From Armatimonadota bacterium (GTDB taxonomy: Bacteria; Armatimonadota; Fimbriimonadia; Fimbriimonadales; GBS-DC), in contig JBBIML010000006.1 of NCBI GenBank assembly GCA_037444405.1, forward strand, positions 128,001 through 192,000: a DNA stretch of 64,000 nt. Direction: 5' to 3'. Below the pieces are notes generated by a model that saw nothing but the letters and a program-made list of their open reading frames with translations, had not been told where the DNA came from and did no database searches. Both the position numbers and the translations under genes were made by a program. Position 1 is the first letter of the stretch, and the number at the start of each line of letters is the position of its first letter. Of the stretch, positions 8,707-18,072 are shown piece by piece.

Positions 8707-11350
8707 TCCTTCTCCTCGGTTTCAACTTCCGCCTGGATCTGATTCAGCGTCTCCCGTATACTGATGTCCACAAGGCTTTTGGGAATCTCCCCCTGCACTT
8801 CCAGCTCGATGGTGAAGCGGAAATTCAGCCCTTGTCGCATGAGGGGGGTCAGGACGCCCTGTGCCAGCTCATAGGTCTTCGCGCTGGACACCGAGGCGCG
8901 CAGTTTATAGCGCCGATAGCTGGGCTGCTCCGTGGACGCAGGCGGCGGTAGCGGCTCGACCTGATGACCATCGCTGACAGCCACTGGCTGGGCAGGCTCG
9001 CGCTCCGGCGGCACCTCTTCGGGCGTCGGCTCAGCCGAAGAGACAGCAGGCGGCTCCTTCAGCAGCGTGGCGTCGTAATTCAGCGCGTCCATCGGAATCG
9101 GCTGTTGGTAATACACGCGCTCTCCCACCCGTACAGCAAACGCGCCCTCCTGAACACCGCGTCGAATCGCCTGAAACACCACCTGCTCATTCTCCACTAT
9201 CGGCAGATGGGTGTAGCGGAAGAAGGCATCCACGATGTCCTTAACCGAAACCTCGTTCGTGTCAGCGGACACAGCCTTATCCAGTATCATTCGGGGCGAG
9301 ATTTGCTTCAGGAGCAGGTCATCATGCTCAAGGAATTGTCGCACGCGCTGGCTGAGCGTCTCCCGCGTGCCCGCGGTGGGCGTGCCCAGCGAGCGCCAGT
9401 CCAGCCGACCATCCCGTAGTAAAGCCACATGGCGATAGGCGTTCAGCGCCTGAAACTGCTCGCTTCCCAGAAAATCCTGAATGCGGCGATTGACCGTGTT
9501 TTTATCTTCGTCGCTCAAGGTTTCCCAGAGTGCCCGCTCTCTCTTGATTCGCTCGTACGCGAGGCGTTCGCGCACGCGGTTCTGCAGATTGGCTAAGTGC
9601 TGCTCGTCGGCAACCAGGAACACGAGCGTGTTGCGGAAGGTGCGTGGCTTTTCGCCTGCCGCGCCAAAGAGCGTATCCAGCAATCGCTCCGTTTCGGGGT
9701 GAGCGCGTGTGTAATCGGGCGCCAGCACGCCCAGCTTCAGCTCGCGTGTGTCGGGAATGTCATCGGGGCGCTCAGAAAAGAGCAACACCTTCGGGAACGC
9801 GCTTCCTGCATACTTACGAATCGCCTCCCGAACCGCCTCATCCACCTCCGACTGAGTAACCTGTTCCTGCTTGTCCAGAACAATCTTGTTCAGATTCGGC
9901 TGGAGTCGGAACTGGTACAGCCCGTCTTCGTAGTGGAGGTACCAGAGCTTGCGGGTGAGCTGGTGTATCGCCTCGCCGAGTATCGCTGTTGGCAGGGTGG
10001 GGTTCAGGGCGCACAGGCGCAGTTCGGCTTCGGAGACGCCGCGCTTCTCGCCCGCGCTGAACCCGCCAAAGAAGACGGCGGTCGCCAGCCCGCGCGCCAC
10101 CTGATGCGCCTCATATTCCGCGCCCAGCTGCTTCTCCACCATCCGCGCCTGCGCCGAATCGCCGATGATGTCCCGCTGAATCACCGAGGCGAACTCGTTG
10201 CCGATGTGGCGCAATAACTCCTGCTGAATCGCGCCGTTCGCCAGATTGATGTGAACGGGCAAGATCAGCGGCTCCGCCACACGACGCCGATAGAGGTCGC
10301 TCAACACCTCGCCCAGCAGTTTCAGCACGCCGCGCGTGCGTTGAAAATTTTGAAACGACGCCCACTTCTCGTAAAGCAGGTCAATCACCTCAGGGTGGAA
10401 GGGATAGGCAAGGCGCATGCGTTCCCGATAGGCGTCGGTGCGCGCCTTTTCGGGGAGCTGCTCCGCATGCCGTTGATACAGCTCATAAAACGCATCCACC
10501 GTGCGGCGTACTTCTGTCGGGTCTGCAATCTCCCTGAACAGGCGTGGCGAATCACATGGAAAAACTCATCCTGCTCTACAGGCGTGTAGATGGCTTGCAC
10601 GCGCCCGAAAATCATCTCCAGCTGGCGTAGCACGCGCTCGCCCTCTTCCCCGTAGGGCGCGCTGCTGGGAAGCGTCGCCACCAGCACGCTGTGTGGGAGC
10701 GATTTCACCACTTCGGTGAGCTGCTGGCAGAAGACCATCACCTGCTCCTGGAAGTCGCGGGCGCTCACGGCGTAGGTAGCCAGCTCGTCCATCAGGATGA
10801 GCGTGGAGGCGTCTCCCAGCATCGCGCGCAGGTTCTCGGCGCCGGGCGCCCGACGCTTGCGGTCATGCTCTTCCAGCAGGTCGTATCGCCCCAGCTGCTC
10901 CGCAAACAGCCCCCAGGGGGTTTTGCCCCGAATCGTATCGTACTCTGTGCCAACGAAGGTGAGGATGCGCACTTCAGGCAGTTTGTCCACCTGAGCGCGT
11001 TCGAGCGTATGCCGAACCAGCGGCGCCTCGCGGTGCGTGTCGCCGTGCCGAAACAGGTGGTAGAGGCTAATCAGCGCGTGCGTCTTGCCCCCGCCAAAGG
11101 GCGTTTGCAGTTGAATCACCGCATCGCCATGCCCCGTGGTCAGGCGTCGCACCACCTGCGCGAGCAGATTCAACAGCCCTTCCGTCGGATAGGTCTGCTG
11201 GAAAAACTTTTCGGGGATGCGATATTCCAGCGCGCCGCGCTCCTGCAACACATCGCGCAGGTCCGCCGCGAACATCGAATCATCCAGCTCACCCTGCAAA
11301 ATGTCTTCCCTCGGAATCGCGACCTCATACCATGCTTTCATGGGGTTCAC
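8703..11350 (-). pseudogene. DUF499 AAA+ ATPase, split by a 1-nt frameshift near 10545
   Basis: LQTPFGGGKTHAL (Walker A), LILMDEL (Walker B), YPFHPE, FQRTRGVL. The junction ATT CGC CA CGC CTG TTC lacks one base of the expected IRxRLF. Confidence 0.88.
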
Positions 11351-11384
11351 CCTCAGGGAAAGTTATACCACATTTTACATCCTC

Positions 11385-14252
11385 TCACACCTCCCAACGA
11401 CGGCTGAAGCCCAGCAACCCCTGCATCAAACGACGCTCCGAATCCCCCTCCGGCAACGAATCCGCCACCGCCTGCGCCAACATCCACAACACCCGATCCC
11501 GATGCAAACCCTCACGCTCCAACCACGCCACCAAACGCCCCGTCTGACCCGACTCCCACATCCACGCCGCCAACTGCAACGCCTCTACCTTGCTCCCCTT
11601 CGCCCGCGCATACAACGACTCCCACAACGCCTCCGACGCCTCGTTCGGCTTCTCCTCCATCTCCCAACCCATCGCCAACTGCTCAGGAGCCGCCCGACGA
11701 CGACCCCGCACCGACACGCCCACCAAACCCCGCCCCCACGCACGCTCCAACGGCGACACCACACGCACCCGCTTGCTCTCGCCCCCCCTTGCCCTGCGCA
11801 GGCACAATCACACGCCCCTCACCCCACACCGCCGTCAACTCCAACCCCACGCTCACCGCCAACTTGCGCGCCTCGTCAAACGGCACCTCCGCGTGCCCAT
11901 ACGACCACCGATACAACAGATAAAACTGCGACAGCGCGTCCAACTCCACCACCACCTCCCGCTCCCGCAAAATCCGCTCCAGCGCATAACGGCTCACCTG
12001 CTCCCGCACCAGCGTGAGCAACACCGACGCCCCCACCGCCTTCCCCGACGCCCGCTCCACACGCGCGTACTGCCCGAACACCGCCAGCGCCGGACCAATC
12101 GCGCTGATGAACAGATCCGCCCCCCGAACCCCCGCGTCCCAGAACTGGTGCAGGCGCCGCTCTATCGCGTCCACAATCTGTGGCTTGAGGTCGCCCCAGA
12201 AGCCGACGCGCGCCCCCACCCGCTTGCGACACACCAGATAGATAGACGACGCCAGCGCGGCGTTGCCCTGCGCCAGCAGGCGCGCCTGCATTTCAGTGTG
12301 TATCGGCAGGGCGGCGGTGGGGTAGAGACCTGCCCGCAACAGCGCGTTCAGCACCGTTTCCCACGCTTCGGTGGTCTTGTGGGCGAACACGATAATCGCG
12401 ATGCCGTCGGGCTTCAGCACGCGGTGCATCTCGCGGAACGCCTGCTCCAGCATCGCTTCAAACTGCTGTTTGGCGGCTTCCCGACTGCCCACGCGGTAGG
12501 CGTCGGCGACCATTTCCTGCGATTTGGGGGTGAGGGGTGTGGCGAACAGGTCGGGGTGCAGGTCGCCGATCGTGCGTTTGAGCCACACATAGAAGAAGTC
12601 AGAGAGGACGGCATAGTTCACATTATCGTAGTAGGGCGGGTCGGTGAAGATGGCGTCGAAGTGGTTATCGGGATAGGGCAACTCGGTCGCCGTGCCGTGA
12701 AGGGCTTTCGGGGGCGTTTCAACGGATGGAATAGCGCAGAGGTGGTCAAGTACTCTAACGGTGTCTTGAAATACTTCGTGCCAGCTCCGCGATGCCTCTC
12801 CTAACGGGTTCGATTCCACATAGTCCCACAGCATCGGGATTGCTTGGCGGGAAAAAGTATCCGCTATCTTTTCACCTACTGGTTGCCAGCGGCACACCGA
12901 AGAGCTTGCTGACGCCAGCCTGTCGAAGTTTAGTGCCAAATAAGTGCCACTGCTTTGGCGAACTCGGCGTCCGCGCCCTGCTCCACCATCAACCGATACG
13001 CCCGACGCACCCCCTCCGCAAACACCAGCAACGCCAAACGCTGACGCGCGTTGAACAAATCTCCAAACTCGTACATTTTGTAATGCAAAACTGCCATCTG
13101 GTTTCCGCCAGTGCGAACGAGGCGTTCATTCGGCACAGGCTCTATTCCCCACTCCGCTCGCAGGCGCGCCTCCCACTCCGCCAGCGCCGACCGCGCCCGC
13201 TCAAACACCGCCATATCCTCCGCCGTCGCCAAACGATACCTCTTGCCCGCACGATCCGAATAGTGCAACACCACCGCCACCAACCGCTCCCCCGCACGAC
13301 CCGCCTGAAACAACGCCCGAACCCGCTTGTCGTCCGTCGTCTCCCCACACACAGGACACCGCGCGTGCGCCCGCACCACCGTGCCCTGCTCCGGGTCAAA
13401 ATCCAATCCCTCCCCCTCCACAATCTCAAAATCCACCCGCTTCGCCACCTTATCGGGCACAATGCGCAACGCAACCTGCTTCTTCTCTTTCTTCACCAGC
13501 CAGGTCTGGCGCATCAGCGGGATTTCCGCCCCACAAATCGGGTTCTGGCACGGTATCGTGCGCGCCCAGAGGTAGCCCACAGGGATAGCACCGTCGGGGT
13601 CGGGCGGATAAAACGGCTCCAGATGTTCCCGCGCCCATTCCAGCACCCACTCACCATATGCCGCCACCGCCTCCACCAGCGGCGACTGGCGGCTCTCCGC
13701 CTCCAACAGGCGCAGCCCCTCCCCATTGCCCGACGGCAACACCACACGAAACGCCCCCGACGCCCCAAACCGCTGCGGATACTCCAGCACACAGCGGTTC
13801 AGCAACACCGCCAGCGGGTTATAATCCAGCGCGTGCGTCTCGCAGCCCAGCCGCAACGCCTCCAGCGGAATGCTCCCCCCGCCTGCAAACGGGTCCAGCA
13901 CCCGCGGCGCCCGCCCCCCATACGCCTCGCGAATCAGCGCCCGCGCTTTTTGCAAGTTCGGGTTCTTCGCGTTCTGTACCGCCTCAAAGGGGGTGAGCGC
14001 CTCAATCAGCTGGAGCCACTCGTGGCGTCGGCTGGGGCTGTCGGGCAACAGCGCCGCCAGTGCCGTCGCCCGCGAGGCTGCCAGCGGGCGGCGCGCCCAG
14101 TAGATATGGAGCGTGCTGATGTGCCCGTGTCGGAGGTTCTTCTCGCGGGTCGACTCGGCGGAGACGCGCTCCAGCGGAAAGACGGTTTCAATCAGGCGCG
14201 TCTGGCGTTCCTCTGGCGATAGGTTCTGAGCGTACATCATTCTGATGTTCAT
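11385..14252 (-). pseudogene. DUF1156 adenine-specific DNA methyltransferase, split by two frameshifts (~12946 and G7 at 11782-11788)
   Basis: LHIYWARRPLAASRA, DPFAGGGSIPLEALRLG, two CxxC-type pairs, FTDPPYYDNVNYAVLSDFFYVWLKR. Three ORFs join into one protein if two single-base indels are corrected. Confidence 0.88.
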
Positions 14253-14329
14253 CTCGTACCTCCTCACTTCTATTATACCCTATCTGTATTTTCGGCAGGG
14301 GGGAGGGCAGATTCCTGCAGAGGTTTTTG

Positions 14330-14417
14330 CTCCTTCCCCCGTATTCTCTCCCCTGCAGGTGGGAGAGGGCTGAACGAACCTCTCTTTCCGCAGGGGAAAG
14401 GATCGGGGTGAGAGGGG
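14330..14417. repeat. REP-like palindromic repeat, family A (degenerate pair)
   Basis: ctctcccctgcaggtgggagaggg and cctctctttccgcaggggaaaggatcggggtgagagggg, located directly after the serA stop. Confidence 0.7.
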
Positions 14418-15998
14418 TCAGAACTGCACCACGCGGGCGCTTTCGACGCCCTCTAACTGTCGAATCTGGGTCAGCACATCGGGCGGGATGGGGTCGTCCA
14501 CCTGCAGCATCATGACGGCGCGCCCGCCGATGCACTCCCGCCCCACATGCATGCCCGCGATGTTAATCTGATGGCTGCCTAACAGCGTGCCCACACGCCC
14601 GATGATGCCCGGACGGTCGTGATGCTCTGTCACCAGCAGGATCCCTTCGGGCTTGATGTCGACGAACAGGTCATCCAGGTGGGTGATGCGCAGGTCGTGG
14701 CGTCCGAACACGGTGCCGCTGAGCCGCTGTTCGCCCTGCGCGGTGGTGGCGATGGTGGTGAGCGTGTCGGGATAGAGTTCCGATTCGGCGCGGTGGCTCC
14801 ATTCCAGTTTCAGCCCGCGCTGCTGGGCGATCAGGGGCGCGTTCACGAGGTTCACCGGCGTATCGGTCGTGTGGCTGAACAGTCCGACCAGCGCGGCGCG
14901 GGCAATCATATCGAGCGGGATGCCCTCCCAGTCGCCCGCGAAGCGCACCTGCAGCTGCTCGACGGGCGCGTTCAGCAGCTGGGCGTGCAGGCGTCCCATG
15001 CGCTCGGCGAGCTGCAGGTAGGGCTGAACGCGCTCGCGCTGTTCAGCGGGGATCGGCGGTAGGTTCACCGGGCTGCGCGGCACGCCCCCTGTCAGCACCG
15101 CGACAATCTGCTCTGCCACATCGAGGGCGACCTTGACCTGCGCCTCTTCGGTGGACGCGCCCAGATGGGGCGTCAGCACATTCTGGGGCTGGTGCAGCAC
15201 GCGCAGGTCGCCCGGCGGCGGCTCCTGCGGGAACACATCGAGCGCCGCGCCCGCGACATGCCCTGAATCGATCAGCTCCGCCAGCGCGTCCAGATCGATC
15301 AGCTCGCCCCGTGCGCAGTTGATGATTCGCACGCCCGGTTTAGCCCTCGCCAGCCGTTCGCGATTGAGCAGGTGGTGGGTTTCGGGGGTGAGCGGCGCGT
15401 GCAGGCTGATAAAATCGCTGCGCTGGAGCAGTTCATCCAGGCTGACTGGCTCTGCGCCGAGTTGCTGGATGTGGGCGGGCGGCACGAAGGGGTCGTACGC
15501 CAGCACCTGCATGCCGAACGCGCGGGCGCGACGGGCGACCTCCCTGCCAATCTTGCCGATGCCGATGATGCCGAGCGTCTTCTTGTAGAGTTCGGCGCCG
15601 ATGAAGGCGCTGCGTTTCCATTCGCCTGCGCGCACGGAGCGGTCGGCTTGCGGCACTTTGCGGGCGAGCGCGAGCAGCAGCGCGAAGGTCAGCTCCGCCG
15701 CCGCAATCGTGTTGCCTTCGGGCGAGTTCACCACCACGATGCCGCGTCGGGTGGCGGCGTCCACATCGATGTTGTCCACGCCGACGCCCGCCCTGCCAAT
15801 CACCTTGAGGCGCGTGCCCGCCTCGATCAGCGTGGCGTCCACCTGCGTCTGCGAGCGCACCATCAGCGCGTCGTAATCGCCGATGATTGTGAGCAGCGGC
15901 TCACGCGCGATACCGGGGCGATACCCCACCTCGCCCGCCTGTCGCAGAATCGCCAGCCCCTCCTCGGCTATCGCGTCGCTCACCAGTATGCGCGCCAT
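14418..15998 (-). CDS. serA: D-3-phosphoglycerate dehydrogenase (long form with ACT domain)
   Basis: RAGVGVDNID, GIGKIG, INCARGEL, TPHLGAST, C-terminal DRPGIIGRVG. Confidence 0.97.
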   Translation of the reverse strand: MARILVSDAIAEEGLAILRQAGEVGYRPGIAREPLLTIIGDYDALMVRSQTQVDATLIEAGTRLKVIGRAGVGVDNIDVDAATRRGIVVVNSPEGNTIAAAELTFALLLALARKVPQADRSVRAGEWKRSAFIGAELYKKTLGIIGIGKIGREVARRARAFGMQVLAYDPFVPPAHIQQLGAEPVSLDELLQRSDFISLHAPLTPETHHLLNRERLARAKPGVRIINCARGELIDLDALAELIDSGHVAGAALDVFPQEPPPGDLRVLHQPQNVLTPHLGASTEEAQVKVALDVAEQIVAVLTGGVPRSPVNLPPIPAEQRERVQPYLQLAERMGRLHAQLLNAPVEQLQVRFAGDWEGIPLDMIARAALVGLFSHTTDTPVNLVNAPLIAQQRGLKLEWSHRAESELYPDTLTTIATTAQGEQRLSGTVFGRHDLRITHLDDLFVDIKPEGILLVTEHHDRPGIIGRVGTLLGSHQINIAGMHVGRECIGGRAVMMLQVDDPIPPDVLTQIRQLEGVESARVVQF

Positions 15999-15999
15999 C

Positions 16000-16047
16000 T
16001 CACTCATTATTATTATCCATGAACGCATACAGCTTAGCTTCGTCCAT
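16000..16047 (-). other. 15-codon micro-ORF (MDEAKLYAFMDNNNE) abutting the serA start; probable stump of a third cassette gene
   Basis: Strong GAGGAGG RBS. Its TGA is 1 nt before the serA ATG. AT-rich like the adjacent cassette. Confidence 0.4.
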
Positions 16048-16166
16048 CGTTGTTCCTCCTCTTGAGTGTTGTGGGAGCTCACGCGGTTGCATGTATACCA
16101 TAAAAATTACACCTCACCAAAAGCCTTTTTGCCAAGATCGATCGCACATTTCAATTCGGGAACTTT

Positions 16167-17108
16167 TCATTTGAATCGCTGGTAGGCTGACCATCGCTGA
16201 TGCTCCATGCTGCCTTGACCAGCCATACACCAGCTCCGTACAGGGCACCTTGTGCAGTCTGGACTCGCTTCAAAACACCATTTCATAGCAACATGGAACG
16301 CACCTTCATCCACAAACATCGGCACCACTTGAGGTACTGATTGCACTCTCTTCTCTATGGAGCCTCGCATGTTCTTGGCTACAATCACATAGGGACGCCC
16401 CGACTCGTAGACTACATCCTCTATCACGCCCGTCCGACAAAAGACTTTACCGACATGTCCATCTACAACCATGAGTGTTTCTCGCATATCGATATCCAAC
16501 TCCCGCCATTTTTCCACAAAAAGCCAGACCAGCCAGCTGGTCAGCATGCGAGCAGCTTTCGGATCATTGCCAACCCACCCGCCCTCTAAAATAGAGTGTT
16601 CACGCAAAAATGCCCAAAGAGAGTTTACACCGTCCTGAAGCCGACTTCTGGACAGTTCATACAGACCAGTACCGTCTGGCAGATTACGAACGAGAAAAAT
16701 AAAAGTGGCGAATCTATATAGAAACAGCGACAGTGGTTTGATGCCACCCAATGCACCAACACGATAAAGCTCTCTGCCTTTTCGACCACCGATTTCTCGG
16801 AAGATATCCAGCACATCTCCGAATCGCTGCTCCACCGTATCAGGCTGGTATAGCAGTGTATCTCCAAATCTGGCGAACAGCTCGCGTACGAACTCTCGTA
16901 TTTTGCCGGTGTCGCCTTGCTGATTGAGTAATGAACGCAAAAGCAGGTAACGAATGATGCTTTCTCTGTTTTCGATGGGTAGCTCCTCAGGCAGCGCCAT
17001 GCTCTCGCGCCACTGCCCCTTCCATGTACGCCGACCAATCTGTTCCAGATGCGAAATTAACTCTTTTCGCTGATCAGGCTCGAGAGCTTCTTGTTTTACC
17101 TTTGGCAT
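16167..17108 (-). CDS. divergent endonuclease III-like (HhH-GPD) DNA glycosylase with [4Fe-4S] motif
   Basis: C-X6-C-X2-C-X5-C (CFEASPDCTRCPVRSWC), VDGHVGKVFCRTG (compare Nth VDTH..RV..R.G), GNDPKAARM (HhH lysine position), LLLRSLLNQQ. Start MPKVKQ. Confidence 0.75.
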   Translation of the reverse strand: MPKVKQEALEPDQRKELISHLEQIGRRTWKGQWRESMALPEELPIENRESIIRYLLLRSLLNQQGDTGKIREFVRELFARFGDTLLYQPDTVEQRFGDVLDIFREIGGRKGRELYRVGALGGIKPLSLFLYRFATFIFLVRNLPDGTGLYELSRSRLQDGVNSLWAFLREHSILEGGWVGNDPKAARMLTSWLVWLFVEKWRELDIDMRETLMVVDGHVGKVFCRTGVIEDVVYESGRPYVIVAKNMRGSIEKRVQSVPQVVPMFVDEGAFHVAMKWCFEASPDCTRCPVRSWCMAGQGSMEHQRWSAYQRFK

Positions 17109-18072
17109 TACGAGCTGATGACCTCCTCTTTTTGACCTGGTCGGAGAGCCAGGTACGCAGGCGTTGAGCATCATCGCGCACGGTATACTCAAATCTCACA
17201 TCGTCCAGTAAAGAAGGGCTATCGACACCAACTTTTGCCCGAATGATGGGTAGCAGTTCGCTGTCGATTTCGTAGCCGATGCATGGGCGTCCGAGGCGAT
17301 ACGCTACTCGCATCGTTGTGCCACTGCCCAGAAACGGGTCCAGCACCGTCTCGCCCTTATAGGAGAACAACAGCATCAGACGCCGTACCAGCTCTTCTGG
17401 AAATGCCGCGATGCCTTCTTCCAGCCGTCCCTGCAACGGCAATACATTTGTTATCTGCCATACATTCAGGTACCATTTTTGTTTTTGATACTCAACTAGA
17501 TCGATTCGGGACTCTTCACGCCTGCCGGCGCAGATGCGTTGATAATCGAAGCGACCTTTCTGGAAAATCAGCACGCTCTCCTGTACATTATCCGGGTAGT
17601 AATAGAGCGGGTATGGATGCTGAAGAATCACCCCACTGCGACGGCTGATGCGGATATAACCCTCTGGTTTAAGCCAGACGATGCGATCCCGATAGCGGAA
17701 GCCCGCCTCCAGGAAGATTCGGGTCATGTCCGCAACCACAGGGTAGCGCTCGCCGTCGACAAGCACATCGTCGCAAACGATGCAGGCAACGCGCCCTTCC
17801 TCCAGCACACGCCAGATTTCCTGTGCCACGGCACGCATCGATTCGAGATAAGCCTCGTAGCTCTGGAATAGGTTGGGATAGTCAAATGGGGCATTGAAGT
17901 AGGGTGGGCTGGTGAGAACCATCTGCACCGACCGTTCGGGCAACTCTGTCATATTCCGCGCGTCGCCGAAAATCACGCGCAGAATGCAGCGCTCTGGCGC
18001 ACCTGCCTCTGGGGTATCAGCGGCTCGGTTCGCCAGACCATTCTGAATTGGTCGCTTCGCTGGCATGGTCAT
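17074..18072 (-). CDS. beta-class N4-cytosine/N6-adenine DNA methyltransferase
   Basis: Catalytic TSPPY precedes the SAM-binding DPFLGSGTT. Also AAFPEELVRRL and GYEID. Start overlaps the serC stop (ATGA). Confidence 0.93.
   Translation of the reverse strand: MTMPAKRPIQNGLANRAADTPEAGAPERCILRVIFGDARNMTELPERSVQMVLTSPPYFNAPFDYPNLFQSYEAYLESMRAVAQEIWRVLEEGRVACIVCDDVLVDGERYPVVADMTRIFLEAGFRYRDRIVWLKPEGYIRISRRSGVILQHPYPLYYYPDNVQESVLIFQKGRFDYQRICAGRREESRIDLVEYQKQKWYLNVWQITNVLPLQGRLEEGIAAFPEELVRRLMLLFSYKGETVLDPFLGSGTTMRVAYRLGRPCIGYEIDSELLPIIRAKVGVDSPSLLDDVRFEYTVRDDAQRLRTWLSDQVKKRRSSARNAKGKTRSSRA

Noticed and set aside
11217..14222. Long Pro/His/Arg-rich plus-strand ORFs (11217, 11590, 12792)
   Set aside because: By-products of the G/T-skewed methylase on the opposite strand.
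16140..16166. ATTGAAA motif resembling a CRISPR repeat end
   Set aside because: Single occurrence, with no repeat-spacer periodicity and no cas genes.
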